Assembly: GCA_001643675.2 (NCBI GenBank)
Contig: LSRY02000071.1
Span: 1-64,000, forward strand
Reading direction: 5' to 3'
Source: Monocercomonoides exilis PA203
Lineage: Eukaryota; Protista; Preaxostyla
DNA length: 64,000 nt
Below are positions 22,926 to 36,269 of the stretch, piece after piece. The notes under the pieces are model-generated. The model did not search any database and was not told the origin of the DNA. It saw only the letters and a program-made list of their open reading frames with translations. Position 1 is the stretch's first letter. Every line of letters begins with the position of its first letter. The translations under genes and the position numbers were made by a program.

Positions 22926-23997
22926 TTTGATGGAACATCAACGATTTATTCTTTCTTTGAAAAAATAGAGTATTTGGGTTAATTCATAATTTTCGATGTT
23001 TTGCAGAAACAAAAAAAAGTGGACAAGTTTCTTTGTTGAATCCTTCTATTTTTTCAATGTAACAATTCATATGATTTTTATTTTTTTATTCATTAGCCAA
23101 CTGCTTTTGAATGATTTTTCAGACAACAAAGTTTTTCTTTAAAAAAATTTCAGTCCTTTCTTTTTTTTCATTCTTTTTTTTTTTCAAATGTAATTTTCAC
23201 AACAACTTTTTTTTTATTACAAAATGAAAAAATCAAACAGTTTCCTTGTTTGAAAAGAAATATGAAATTTCGGAACAAACTGTTGAAGAATTTCAAAAAT
23301 GATTTGTTGATGAACAAACAAACAAATGGATAAAAATATGGAAAGAATGAACATAAGATGAGAGCATTTTCGCAGCAACAGATGAATGAAAAAGGAAAAC
23401 GATAACTTTTTTTTGTATTTTTGTCAAATAATATCAAATTCTTCTGATTTATCAATCACTCGTTTTCATTTTTACAGGGGGGTGGGGAAATGAAAATAAT
23501 TATTCATTGAGAAATCAGAGGAATTAGAAAATGGGTTTAATCATGATTCAAATGAGAAATATTTATCAAAATGAAAAATAAAAATTAAAAAATAAATCAA
23601 ATCTTTTTTATTAGAAATAATTTTTCTTCGTTAATGTTTTATTTTATTATCTTTATTTTTCAATCTCAACCACAAGGCACTCAATGACATTCAAAGTTAT
23701 GATTTCAAAATTAATCACCCATATTGATTTTTTTTGGAATTGAATGTTTCTTTTAAGCTTATTTTTACTTTCATTTCTTTTTTATCAGTACAAATTATTC
23801 TTTCACAAAGCGATGAAAAAAAAGTTTTTGAAATGCATCAACACTGATTCATTTGTTCTTTTTATGTTTTTATTTTCCAATTTCAATTTTAATAGTTTAT
23901 TTTGATGAGGGAGATTGTTCATCTTATCCCACAAGTTTTCTGTCTAAAATATAGGTTTGAAATTGAGATTGGGATACTTTGAAATGGAAACTTGAAA
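20842..23997 (+). repeat. Left arm of ~3.1-kb inverted duplication
   Basis: Mirrors 29344-32498 (coordinate sum ~53340; e.g. ORF 23168-23455 equals 29885-30172). Confidence 0.92.
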
Positions 23998-24762
23998 GTG
24001 GGTGATTTTTTATGGGATCATTAGAATCGACTCTTCAAATATGATAGATGGAATTGGTAAAAAAAAGTTATTTATTGAAATATAAATATCTTTCGAATAA
24101 CAAATGTGTGTTTTTTTTGAAAAACTCCACAACAAAAATTTTGTCCCACAAAAAATCAAAATTGATCATTTTGTTTCCATCATTCATTTTTGTTAATTCC
24201 ACATTTGTGTTAATTTCACATATCAACGAATTTTAAGTTTCAATAAGATCGATATTACATAAACTATTAACTTTCTTTTCATTTTTGTTTTAAAAAATTA
24301 TCTTTCAGTTGTAATTTGTGTCAAACAATTATTATCATAAATATTGACCTTTTTTGTTTCATTAATTTGAATAGACATTTTGAATTTTTGAATAATTATA
24401 AACATTTCAACATTTCAATGAGTTGAAAATACGAAAAGGTGAAAAATCGTTAATCCTGTATAATTTTTTGAAAGTTAATAGTTATGAAAATATAGAAGCA
24501 ATGATACATATGAATGAAAAACTATTATTAAATATTCGAACAAATTAATTGATTACATATATTTTATTTAAAAACTAATATTATCTGCAATTAAAACATC
24601 AAAAGGTTTGAAATCAAAAACTCAAAATGATAAATATCATTTTTTGAATCAAATCATGAATCGCATCTTTTTGTTGAGGTTATTTTCCTTTTTCTTTTTT
24701 GTTCATCTTTTTCTGATTACGCTCATTTTCTTTCAAAGAATTTTTTAAAAGGAGCAAATGCT

Positions 24763-27470
24763 TCACGAATCTTGATAATGCCCAATCTTTTTTTTGCATA
24801 TTATTATGTAATATGCATGATAGAGAGTAGAAGAAGAAGAGGAAAAGGAGGAAGATGAGGCAGAAGAGGAAGAAGAAGAGGAGGAAGATGAATATGACTG
24901 TGGAGGGATAACAATTTCAGATGTCTGGCTGCTAGTGGTGGTGATGCTTGGAGAGCAGGTGATGGCTGGAGAATGAGAAGAAGAAGCCAGCTGAATAGAA
25001 GCTGTTGCTTCCGCTTCCGCTTCCGCTGCCACTGCAGATGATGCTGATATTGAGACTGACGCTGTATCTGACAGCTGCTTCGCAGACGACATGCTTTCCA
25101 GGCGCAGTGCAGTTTCTGCATCGATTTCGAAGCTTTTCTCGCTGATGGCATCCACCTCATATTCTCTCTCCAGCTCTGGGATCGGCCTCATCGTCGACAT
25201 TCTGTGTCTTTCTGCCATTGGGTTCGCGAATGAGTCACTTTAAAAGGAGCACATGCGGTTGAATGAAGAAGTGACGATAAATGTGAGGGGGTCCGGGTGT
25301 CTTGAGAGTGGGATGTGGTTCTTTCTGATCTCGTGGATAACATTGTCCCTCAAAAACAGCGACTTTATCTGCAAATTGAATCTGTTAGTGAGCACATACA
25401 CACAACATGTGAACATAACATCCCCAAGAACTGTGCGCATCTGATGATTGAGCGAAGACAAGCCAGCAAAAAGGCTCTCAAGAAGCTTGTTCAGAGAATA
25501 AGACAGCTCTTCGGTGCGAATGAGCAGCGTCTTTCCCCTCTGCACTGTCTCTTCTGTCGCATACTTGCTCTTCGTGATGGTTGCGATGTGCCTCCGGATC
25601 TGCGCCCTTTCGTTCTCCATCTGCGCAATCAGATCGGGACACTTCTCCCTCCTGCTCTCTTTGATCACAAGTGTATACGACAGCTGATACTGCCTCCTAT
25701 CCACCTCGTCAAACGTCCCTGATTGGATCACCAAGAAGTACAGGTTCTTCAGCCAGCGGAACAGCAGCCGCACGCGGTTGATGGCAGCACGGGGAGTTCG
25801 TGATAGCACACTTAAGTATCCAGCCGCATGTTCACCTCTTTCACCGTCGCCAGGGAAACAGAGAGAAAATCCACATTCGACGTCATGTGGATCATCTCAA
25901 CTGTTTGAATGTCCCGAAACTGCTCAATGAGGATGCCGTCGCGTATCACAAACAGGATGCACAGGTTGCTCAGCCGCTCCACATACACGTTGAGTGAAAC
26001 CGACGCACGGAAAGTGGTGGTGATGGTGGGGATGACAGGCTGGATGGTGTCCATCGACTGCTTCACAGCGCCTATTAGCAGCTGTTCCTCCATTGACGGC
26101 TGCCCAGGTGACTCTAAATGTAACATCTCCTCGATCCTCTCCAGTTCTGCACTCAGTGCATCCATCTGCCTCTGTGTTGTTTCAATCGTCCTTCTGATCA
26201 ACGAATCTCCCTGTTCAAAGAGATCAATCGCATTCTAGTTCTGAAGTGAAGTCTGCGTCTGGGACATGCGCTGCTGGAGGAGGTTTGTGTGTGTCTGGAG
26301 ATGCTCAATGATCAAAATTGTCGACTCACACGACACAATCTGCTGTTGCATCGCCCGGATGCTGTGCATCAACGCCTTGCAGTGGTAGTCCACAAACTCC
26401 TCAAACTCTGAGTGTGAATAGTTCTCTTTGAAGAATAAGCCAGATATCGTGTCTCTCCCTGTGAACCCCTTCATCATGCTCTACGAACTGTGTGTCTGTC
26501 ACAAGTTCACTGCTTGTCGGTAGATGTTTGTCAGCGTGTTCACAATCGCCTGCCTGATCGTTTTTCGTCTTTGAACATTGAACCTGTGCAGAATCAGGCA
26601 TTGACCCAGAAGAAGAGAGGTGATCAGGAACATTTATCTGCTCAGTCACACTTGAAAACGGAAAAGTTTGCGCAAATGAAGATAGAAGCGGAGAAGAGGC
26701 AGGTAAGACAGTTGTGCCATACCCAACGCCACCATTTCCTCCTCCTCCGCTGCTGCCACTGCAACTTATGCTGCTGCTGCTGCCTTTTTCGCTGTCTGTG
26801 ACATTTGCCTGTGCAGATGCTGAAGTTGCTAGTTGGTGTATCGCATCCTCCTGCACAAGCGTGGGGATGATCATCGAGAAAAACGGGTTGAGCAAGTTTG
26901 ACGAAATCTGCGTTAGAATCTCCTGGTTCGTCTGCTGAGTGTAGACCACATTCGCTTTGCGTCTGAACAGCGACAGCTTGCTGTACATGCGTGCGTAGTC
27001 TTCCTTGTTGATGTTGATGACCAGCCTTGTTGTCTTGTGCATCCGATCAACCAATGTGTCTATTTCTGTCCCATTAACAGTCTCCATCCCCTCCTTCTGC
27101 AAGATCCACGCTATCCTTCCCAAAAGATACATTGTGCAGCCCTAAGAGTCCACTAATTGGTATTCTTTTGCTTGAGTGAAAGAAATCGGCTCAATCTTCA
27201 GGTACAGCAGGCCTCGCTTTGGCTGCTCTTTGCAGAAGAACATGTTCAGCAAAGATATGCAGTGCTGGGTCAGTTCTGACGTGTTGCTGAAGGAAACAAC
27301 CAGAAAGCCTTCTAAATTGGGTTGATAGACAGCTGAGCGTGGGAGATAAGAGATACGGGCACGAGATAGAGTTATTTGTGTTTGTGGGGTGCAGTTGTTG
27401 TTGAGTGCCCTTGGAGATTTCTGTGATTGGGCGAGCTTTCGCTGTGCTGATTGGTCATCTGAAGAAGAAG
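24763..27470 (-). pseudogene. GC-richer host gene of unknown function (coiled-coil, Ser-rich), disrupted
   Basis: One continuous protein-like path across ORFs 26401-27132, 26235-26477, 25812-26201, 25240-25809 and 24763-25218. They are joined by in-frame stops (TAG ~27142, TAG 26235, TAA 25240) and two frameshifts (~26480, ~25812). Confidence 0.6.
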
Positions 27471-27527
27471 AAGCAGAAGCAACAGAAGCAGAAGAAGAAG
27501 TAGTAGTAGAAGAAGAAGAAGAAAGAA

Positions 27528-27605
27528 GGAGAAGGAGAAGGAGAAGGAGAAGGAGAAGGAGAAGGAGAAGGAGAAGGAGAAGGAGAAGGAGAAGGAGAAG
27601 GAGAA
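27528..27605 (+). repeat. (GGAGAA)n microsatellite
   Basis: Directly visible, about 13 units. Confidence 0.9.
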
Positions 27606-28620
27606 GAAATCACATGATTTGAAAAAATTCTGTTTAAAATGGATTGTCCCTGGGAATGGCGCTCTTCGAAATCAAAACTGTCGATTGTAATGGAAATAAA
27701 AATATATAATAAAAAATAATTAGTGTTGCATTGATTATAAAAATTCCTCAAAAGAACGCATACACCCTCCCTATTGCATAAGCAGAAGATTGCCCAATCA
27801 CTGATGCTGCCATTCTCCTTTTCCATTATTTCCCAGCGTTCCTTTCTCCATCTTTCTTTATTCCCTCAAAAATATTCAGCTTTTGATGTTATCATCATCT
27901 TTTTTTCTGAAAAAATATCTCCAAATTTTATTCTTTCCAATAACTGTCCAATTGTTGGCATTCTTCTTCAATTTCCCCTCTCTTCCAAATGCTTTTAAAT
28001 TGAATTTTTTTCATCCCCTCTCCCAATTGAATACAGAAAATCTTCAATTCTCATTTGCTGGTTGTATCTCGGAATCCACCTCTCTTCTGATGTTCTCCTC
28101 AGAAAAGCAAAGGAATGGCCATTTATATAATTTATCAGATTCTTGCACTCTGAAAAGGCCATGGATGGAAACATCTTTAAGATAAACAAGAACAATAAAA
28201 AATACAAACATTGAAATGTTTTTTCCAACAATCAATTTGCTGCATTTCCTTCCTAGATGCTTTTCTTTAAAATCATCTTGCCTAATTCCATCATCAATTC
28301 CCCTCCGTCACTGACCTTGTTACTGAGAAAAAATAATATTTTCTATCCTGCAGAAAATGTTCATTTTCTATTTTCTTATCCGATTCATAAACTTACACGG
28401 AAAAAAGATAATTGAATTATCAAGCATACCACAACATTTTTTCAATCACTTTTTTTTTTTTAAATGTCATCGATAAATTGCATGTTTTCAAGTTTTTCAA
28501 CGATCTTTCTTCAGATTTTCAAATAGATATTTTTAATATGAAAATTTAAAACAACAAAAAAATTACTCATGAAAGATCAACGATGCAACGATTTTATGAT
28601 CTCATAAAAAATCACACAAG

Positions 28621-29342
28621 TGATAACTACATTGTGACAGTTCATTATTTGACTTTTTCTTTCTCAAATAAAAAGTCTTATTAATAATTGAAAAGCCTAT
28701 TTCACTTCAACTGAATATTCACAAGTCAATCTCGAAAAGCCGCGTGATTATCCATTCTCCAATTTTTTTTCTGATCTCAAAAATCATTTTCCATCTTCAT
28801 TTCAATTATTTCTTTTCATTTGGTTCAATCTTTGTTGATTAGGTTTTCTATCTAATTTAATAATAATTCATTTTTGTAAAGTTATGAATATCATTTCAAA
28901 AAATAAGTTGATTGTTTCTTATTTTTTTATGATTTTTATTTTCCAACTTTGAATAATGTTGAAATTTAAAAGTTTTAATAAAATATTGAATTTTTTATAG
29001 CAATTAACTGTAGTGGTTTTATGAGTTTGATTAAAAACAGTTGAAAGCATTCAAGCAACCTTTTGATCACTTCGTTTGCGACTTTTCAAAAATAAATCAT
29101 TATAAAATAAGATTGCAAATCAAATCCATAATCATTGAACCAAATGAAAAGAAATAATCGAGATGAATATGGAGAAAAACTTATGAGATCAGAAAATGAT
29201 TTGGAGAATGGATAATAACACAGCTTTTCGAGATTGACTTGTGAATATTCAATAGAAGTGATATAGAGTTTTCAATTATTAATAAGACTTTTTATTTGAG
29301 AAAGAAAAAGTCAAATAATGAACTGTCACAATGTAGTTATCA
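28621..29342. repeat. Fold-back (MITE-like) structure with ~210-bp inverted arms
   Basis: 28621-28829 is the reverse complement of 29134-29342; the outer ~73 bp is perfect and the inner part diverged. Confidence 0.85.
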
Positions 29343-29343
29343 A

Positions 29344-32300
29344 TTTCAAGTTTCCATTTCAAAGTATCCCAATCTCAATTTCAAACCTATATTTTAGACA
29401 GAAAACTTGTGGGATAAGATGAACAATCTCCCTCATCAAAATAAACTATAAAAATTGAAATTGGAAAATAAAAACATAAAAAGAACAAACGAATCGGTGT
29501 TGATGCATTTCAAAAACTTCTTTTTCATCGTTTTGTGAAAGAATAATTTGTTTTGGTAAAAAAGAAATGAAATCAAAATAATTAGAAAACAAACATTCAA
29601 TTCCAAAAAAAATCAATATGGGTGATTAATTTTGAAATCATAACTTTGAATGTCATTGAGTGCCTTGTGGTTGAGATTGAAAAATAAAGATAATAAAATA
29701 AAACATTAACGAAGAAAAATTATTTCTAATAAAAAAGATTTGATTTATTTTTTAATTTTTATTTTTCATTTTGATAAATATTTCTCATTTGAATCATGAT
29801 AAAACCCATTTTCTAATTCCTCTGATTTCTCAATGAATAATTATTTTCATTTCCCCACCCCCCTGTAAAAATGAAAACGAGTGATTGATAAATCAGAAGA
29901 ATTTGATATTATTTGACAAAAATACAAAAAAAAGTTATCGTTTTCCTTTTTCATTCATCTGTTGCTGCGAAAATGCTCTCATCTTATGTTCATTCTTTCC
30001 ATATTTTTATCCATTTGTTTGTTTGTTCATCAACAAATCATTTTTGAAATTCTTCAACAGTTTGTTCCGAAATTTCATATTTCTTTTCAAACAAGGAAAC
30101 TGTTTGATTTTTTCATTTTGTAATAAAAAAAAAGTTGTTGTGAAAATTACATTTGAAAAAAAAAAAGAATGAAAAAAAAGAAAGGACTGAAATTTTTTTA
30201 AAGAAAAACTTTGTTGTCTGAAAAATCATTCAAAAGCAGTTGGCTAATGAATAAAAAAATAAAAATCATATGAATTGTTACATTGAAAAAATAGAAGGAT
30301 TCAACAAAGAAACTTGTCCACTTTTTTTTGTTTCTGCAAAACATCGAAAATTATGAATTAACCCAAATACTCTATTTTTTCAAAGAAAGAATAAATCGTT
30401 GATGTTCCATCAAATTACTCACCTTTCTTCCTTTCCTTTTCACAAATAAAACCGATTTTCCTTTCTTTGATAAAACAGGAGATTTCGTGTTTTACAGCAG
30501 TGATGGTGCTTATTTTATGTGGGTTGCACGAGTTGTAACAAAACAGAAACAAAATCGCAACGCACCTATGATTTTTTATTCCTCCCTCCAATTTCACATG
30601 TGACCAAAAATACATCTCAGAATCTCCCTTCCCAAATATACAACCACTCTGCTCCCCTTCTGTTCTCGTGCTCATCATCCCGAACGTCTCTCCTGCCTTC
30701 ACACTCTTTGCCACAACCACCCCATCTCCTTCAGTCAACTTCACATTCGTCACCTTCACATTCGCCAGCACACTATCTCCTGATGCTGTGGCTGTCAGAT
30801 ACAGTGCAGATGACGACAATGACGACAATGAAGAAGAAGAAGGAGAAGAGAGATCCAGCTCAGAGAACAATGGTTTTGCAACATTCATATCTTTGATCTC
30901 CACATCAACCATCGACAGCTGTGACAGCGGCACCACAAACACTGACGAAGACATCACATAGTCTCCTGAAGAAACACTCGTGGTGATCACATCCTCCAAT
31001 GAGAGTGACCCACTCCCATCAGACACCACAACCACACTCGGCGAAGAAGGACTTAAATTTGAGTTACAATCAACCTTCATGTGCAATAAACCAATGTGAC
31101 CTGTTGTCACACTGAACAGCGCTCCAGCTGCTGATGATAATGAAAGGGCTCCTGTTCCAATCGAACTCTTATCTTTGCCTTTCCCAATGACTGAAATCTT
31201 CTTTTCTCCAATCTCAATTGTTGTTGCCTCGCTTGTGTGATTCCCATCCATTAATGTGATTGCCAAGCTTATCTGCACCTCACACATCTCAAACGCCTTC
31301 TTCACTGTCAGACAAGGATTTGATTCATTTGCCCCGCAAAGTGGAGATGCATCATTTCCATTCATTGAAACATAGATCGTCTTGTCTTTCAGCCAATCCT
31401 TCTTTTCCGTGTGCTGATATGCCCAACTCCCAGAATTCGATGCATTATATCCATAGCACACTCTCTTTTCATCTGTATTTGTGGTGTAACATTCATGAAA
31501 TGGATTTTCAGAAGACAAAAAGACATTGTAATAATCAAAATATACCATATCGTGCCCATATGGATTGGCTGCATTTCTGCATTTGCATTCATGAAAAAAT
31601 AAGAAATAAAAATAATATCCATCTTTTGGCGCTGTTGTCATACGTGGATCCGCACTCAATCCTCCCCCATTTGATGATGCATTGCATGAAATAAACTGAA
31701 TGCTCCTTATCTTGACTTGAACAGGAATATTATAACAACGCATGCCTCCACCATTAGCATTTTCAACAAAGCATGAAGTGAAACTGCAGTCGAACACACA
31801 TGCACTCTCCCCTTCTCCATTTTCTGTTGGGATGCATCCTGCTCCTGAAACCTGAAAATTTTCAAGATAAAGCCCTCCTCCATAATAATTTGCTTTGCAA
31901 TTCTGAAATTCACATCCGCTGATCCGAACACACGAAGTTATATAATAAACATACAACCCTCCTCCATAGAAATTTAGAGCTGTGCATGCATTGAATGTAT
32001 TGTCTTCAGCAATAAATGCTTTGATTTGCCGGCATATGACTCCCCCGCCTCCATAATGCGCATAACAGTTGTCGAACGTGCAATGCTGAATAGAAATTGA
32101 GGCAGATGCCAAATTGTTCATGTTGATTGCTCCGCCATTTGAAGTACGATCAGTTTTATCGTCAACTTCTCCTGTTGTTTTCGATCCATTCCATTCACAC
32201 CAAATGAACTCATTCGCTCCATTGAATGTTTCGTTCTGTCTGTCTGGTTTCAATGGTACCTCTGCAGTTCCTTCACATTTCACATTCCTTGTCCGATAAC

Positions 32301-32498
32301 ATCCAACAAACGAGGTGTTCGAGGTGGTCAAAGAGGCAAAGGGGTTGTTCAGAGAAGGAATAATCCCGCCATCATACCCATTGCAGACTGATGAAAAGGA
32401 GCAACTGTTCATAAAACATGATGTTTGGGTTGACATCGTGGTTGAAGGCGAGCATTCCGATGTTGCTGTTGATATGTTGAAAAATGTGAGTTTGGAGA
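29344..32498 (-). repeat. Right arm of ~3.1-kb inverted duplication
   Basis: Reverse complement of ~20842-23997 with few differences. Confidence 0.92.
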
Positions 32499-32667
32499 GA
32501 AAAGCAAATGACATCGAGGGAGTTGAGAGGAATGTGGTTGAAGATGAGATAAGAGATTTGCATGTCGAAATACTTCTTTCTTTGCCTCCTTCTCTTCCCC
32601 TTGCCTCTTGGAGCCATCTCGCAAAATGTCTTAATAAGCTCACATTCCATTGTCTTGCCTCTTCCAC
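30415..32667 (-). CDS. Cys-rich beta-helix surface protein-like, copy D (near-identical to C)
   Basis: 750-aa ORF; differs from C in the N-terminus and at SMNGND..CGANESNPCLTV versus SVNGND..CGSNESNPCKTV. Confidence 0.75.
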   Translation of the reverse strand: MEEARQWNVSLLRHFARWLQEARGREGGKERSISTCKSLISSSTTFLSTPSMSFAFLSKLTFFNISTATSECSPSTTMSTQTSCFMNSCSFSSVCNGYDGGIIPSLNNPFASLTTSNTSFVGCYRTRNVKCEGTAEVPLKPDRQNETFNGANEFIWCEWNGSKTTGEVDDKTDRTSNGGAINMNNLASASISIQHCTFDNCYAHYGGGGVICRQIKAFIAEDNTFNACTALNFYGGGLYVYYITSCVRISGCEFQNCKANYYGGGLYLENFQVSGAGCIPTENGEGESACVFDCSFTSCFVENANGGGMRCYNIPVQVKIRSIQFISCNASSNGGGLSADPRMTTAPKDGYYFYFLFFHECKCRNAANPYGHDMVYFDYYNVFLSSENPFHECYTTNTDEKRVCYGYNASNSGSWAYQHTEKKDWLKDKTIYVSMNGNDASPLCGANESNPCLTVKKAFEMCEVQISLAITLMDGNHTSEATTIEIGEKKISVIGKGKDKSSIGTGALSLSSAAGALFSVTTGHIGLLHMKVDCNSNLSPSSPSVVVVSDGSGSLSLEDVITTSVSSGDYVMSSSVFVVPLSQLSMVDVEIKDMNVAKPLFSELDLSSPSSSSLSSLSSSALYLTATASGDSVLANVKVTNVKLTEGDGVVVAKSVKAGETFGMMSTRTEGEQSGCIFGKGDSEMYFWSHVKLEGGIKNHRCVAILFLFCYNSCNPHKISTITAVKHEISCFIKERKIGFICEKERKKGE

Positions 32668-33966
32668 TTCTTCTGATCACATGCTCTCTTAAAACATCCT
32701 TTTCTCCGCTTTTCGTCTCCTGTCTTCTTTCCATATTCCATTCACATTCATCGCTTTTGAATATTCACTCAAAAGTCCCTATTATCAATTAAAAATAAAG
32801 AAAAAAATATTTAAAATGTAATACAAAATATCACAAATCAGTACCATTTTCTTTTTTCAATCTTCTTCCTTTTTTCTTTTCTTCTTCTCGAATTTTTGTC
32901 ACATTTCTTCTTCAGCCATTTCTTCAATTTTCCGATTATTCTTTTCTGTTGCTTCCCCTCCTTCTTTTTCAAAATTCAACATAAATCTTCAAAGGTCTCC
33001 TCTCACATTCATTTCATTTAACACCTCTGGCTCATTCTTCAATATTCTCAAATTTTTGTCATTGCCTGATTTCTCAAAAGCATCCAATATGCTCTTTTTC
33101 CCATGTTCATTCGTTGCCTGAAAATGCCCTTCCGCAAATCTTAATCCCTCAAAAAATAAATAAATATTTGAAAAAATTGGAGGAAAAAAAAATAATACAA
33201 AACACACTCTAAAAATATGTTTATTGCCAATCTTCACACACTTTCTTCTTCTTCTTCGAGTGCCTCTCAAAATATTGTTCTTTTCTGCCAACAACACCCA
33301 GCTGATCTGTCTCCGCTGCCAATCTCAACATCAATGAAAGTGATTCTGTTCTGCTTCCAACAACTTGCTTATTTCCAATCCTCGGCACTGCTTCCGCTCG
33401 AATAACTCTAATAACAAAAATCCTTCAAAAAGATTTGGATGAAGAGGAAGCAGAAAATGAGGGAGGATGAATCAATGGCGCGGGGAAAGCAGATGAAAAA
33501 GATGAAAAAGATGAAAAAGATGAAAAAGATGAAAAAGACAAAGATAAATAAAAATTAGTTGAATTCGATGAAGAAGAAACACTTGCAGAAGGTGATGAAG
33601 GTGATGAAGGCAGAGAAGAAAAGGAAGAAAAGGAAAGAGAAGAAGGCGAAGAAGATAATGATTAAGAATGAAATAAAATTATTTCATATGCTTGGGTCGT
33701 GTAAAGAAAAACATGACGAAAAAGTCGAAGAGAAAAAAGCAGATAAAGAAAGTGAAGGTGATGAAGGTGATGAAGGTGATGAAGGTGATGATCAAAAATG
33801 GGGAGAAAAATACACATTTTCATATCATTTGTAGGTGTATACGAAAACATGATGGCGATGAGACAGATAAGGCTGACAAAAACAATGAGGCTGAAGAAGA
33901 AGGGGGAGAATAGACGAAAAAGTCGAAGAAGACAATGAAGTCGATGAAGTCGATGTTATCGAGATT

Positions 33967-34660
33967 TCAAATAACGGATATTTTCTGGTCGAAGATGGCT
34001 TCAAAAAAACCTTGTTCCCTACTCTTGTGGATATTGCTTCGATGACACAAGGCTAAGGCGAGTATTAAAATATTCAAAGTCCATTTTGCCTGCAATTTTC
34101 CTCCAGCTGTCTGTATAATGCCAAACTGTCTGTTTTTCTTGTATTTTCGCCTCTCAAGCCAAGCAATCAAATTCAGTTCCATCGCTCCCCTTGGTCCGTA
34201 AAAGCAACGTCTTGCCCTTCTCATCTCAAGAAATGCGCCATGTTCTGCTCTAGCTGCCTCCAATGTCCTGTTTCATTCATTTGCCTCAATCGCCCCAACA
34301 ATGCTTTTTCTGAAAATGTCCTCTTCCTCTTTTTAAAAAACGCTCCCTTTTCATAGAGATTGGACATTCTTCCTTTTGAGCTTTGGCATTTTCCAACCCC
34401 GTTGACTTCTGCTCCATCAAAACTCATTTTTCATCGTATTTCTATCCATCGCGCATGTTGAGTCCAAAATAAGTCACATAAATATTTATGATAAAATATA
34501 TTCAGGCTCTAATATATTTGCAAAATAACATTTGTCTCGCTTCCTTGCTGTTCTTATCTGCAAAGAATAAATCGTCCATTTTATATAAATCTTCAGAATC
34601 ACAAATTTGGAGAGGTTACAGGTGATAATACCTTCACAATATATGGAATAGAAATAAGTG
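33967..34660 (-). pseudogene. Decayed upstream ORF module (homolog of 3330-4180)
   Basis: MELNLIAWLERRKYKKNRQFGIIQTAGGK and flanking DNA similar to 3700-4170(+) and 57330-57900(-). Confidence 0.55.
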
Positions 34661-36269
34661 CATACATGTAGTTATTTGAATTCAACAATTAAATTGTTGC
34701 ATTTCCTTGTTCATCCAATTATCACAATTATCAGGCAGAATTCCATCGTTGGCAATATTTTTCCAGTGATTCAGGTAAACATAGGAAAAACTATTTCTAA
34801 TTCTGCAGGTAATGTTCATTTACGGAATTCCCAATCGATGAATAGATGTTCAGGTTCTTTCAAATCTGATGATCTGAACATCCATTACAAAAAAGAAACA
34901 AATTGATGAATCATTTTTTTTTCCTGAAAATGGCTGAGTGAAAAAGGATTCGGCAAAGAGAGTTGTGCAGTGGGCGAGATTTGATGTGTTGTGTGAGGTT
35001 TTTATATTTTTTGAGGCTTTTCATGGTTTTGATGGTTGTGATATTTCTCACAGATTGTGAAGGGGAAATGTGGGTTTTGTGTGGTGTGATATGGGGCTAA
35101 AGAATTTTATCTTTTTAGGGGCAAGTGGGTTTGCGGATGTGGGGTTGGGATTGGGTTTTGGGGGGTGAATGGGGAGATTTTGGGTTGATGTTTGGAGAAA
35201 AGTGTTTTTGTGGAATATGGATTGACAGAGACAGCAGGCAGGAGTGTGTGGAAGAGAATAAAAAGGGAGAAGATGGAAGTATGCATGAGAGAAGGGGGTA
35301 GTGGAGACGGGGGGAGAAGGAGAAAAGGGGAGAAGCAGAGTATTATTATTTGTGTTAAAATATGGAAAATTATGTTTTTGGAAATTGGAAATAGGAGTTT
35401 GTCTTGGAGGAGAATATTTTGGGAAAGGATTCTGGAAAGGAGGGAAGCATGAGGTTTGGAAGGGGAATTTATGGCTGGTGTGTGGGACGTGGGATTGAGT
35501 TTCTATTGAATGCCATTTGCAGAAGAAGAAATGAGTTTGCTTTGGGAGCGTTGGGAGGTGGAAATGTGGTTCTGCAGAAATAGGAAGGGGGAAATGGGGT
35601 TGATGCACGAAGAATATTTAATAAAGTCCATTTTTCCTTTTTTTTGAAGGATAGGGAAAAGAAGGAAGGTAAAAACAGAAGAGCAGAGGGCATGAAATGA
35701 GGCGAAGAGGTGCTACAAGTTGATGGTGGCATTCTGACGAGATGGAATGAAGATTGACGTTTGATGACGGAGTAGTGGGGAAGAAAAGAGATACGATTGG
35801 GAACGGAGTTTATGCAGGGAGTATGGGAGAAGAAGCATGAAAAGAAGAAGTGGGGCAGAGATATTGGGAAAAGATCATGAATGCAGCCAACGAAAAAGAA
35901 GAAGAATTACATCATTCAACTTTGATCTTTGTATCACAAAACATATTTTAATGATAACAGGAACTGTGTATGCTCAAAAGAAATGTGAGGAAATTGAATT
36001 TGGAAAAAACACACAAATTGACAACGCTCAAAAAGAGATTCTAAAGAAAACAGTTGACAAATAACATTGGAGTTCTGTTTCCATTTGGTGGAACTGAAGG
36101 AAAAAGATACTTTTCTTTTGGGAATATACATTTCAGAAGCAGGAGAAGAGGCAGGAAAAGGGAACTAAGCTCATTTTGATCTTGACGGATATCTTGTTGA
36201 GAAGTATGGTAGGCATTTGGAGGGAATTCTGAAGCGTGGCTCACGAAAAAAGAAAAATGAAGAATTTCT

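Noticed and set aside
27389-27826. Poly-Arg and (SP)n ORFs; likewise (GE)n and poly-Leu ORFs at 39846-40326
   Set aside because: Translations of hexamer microsatellites.
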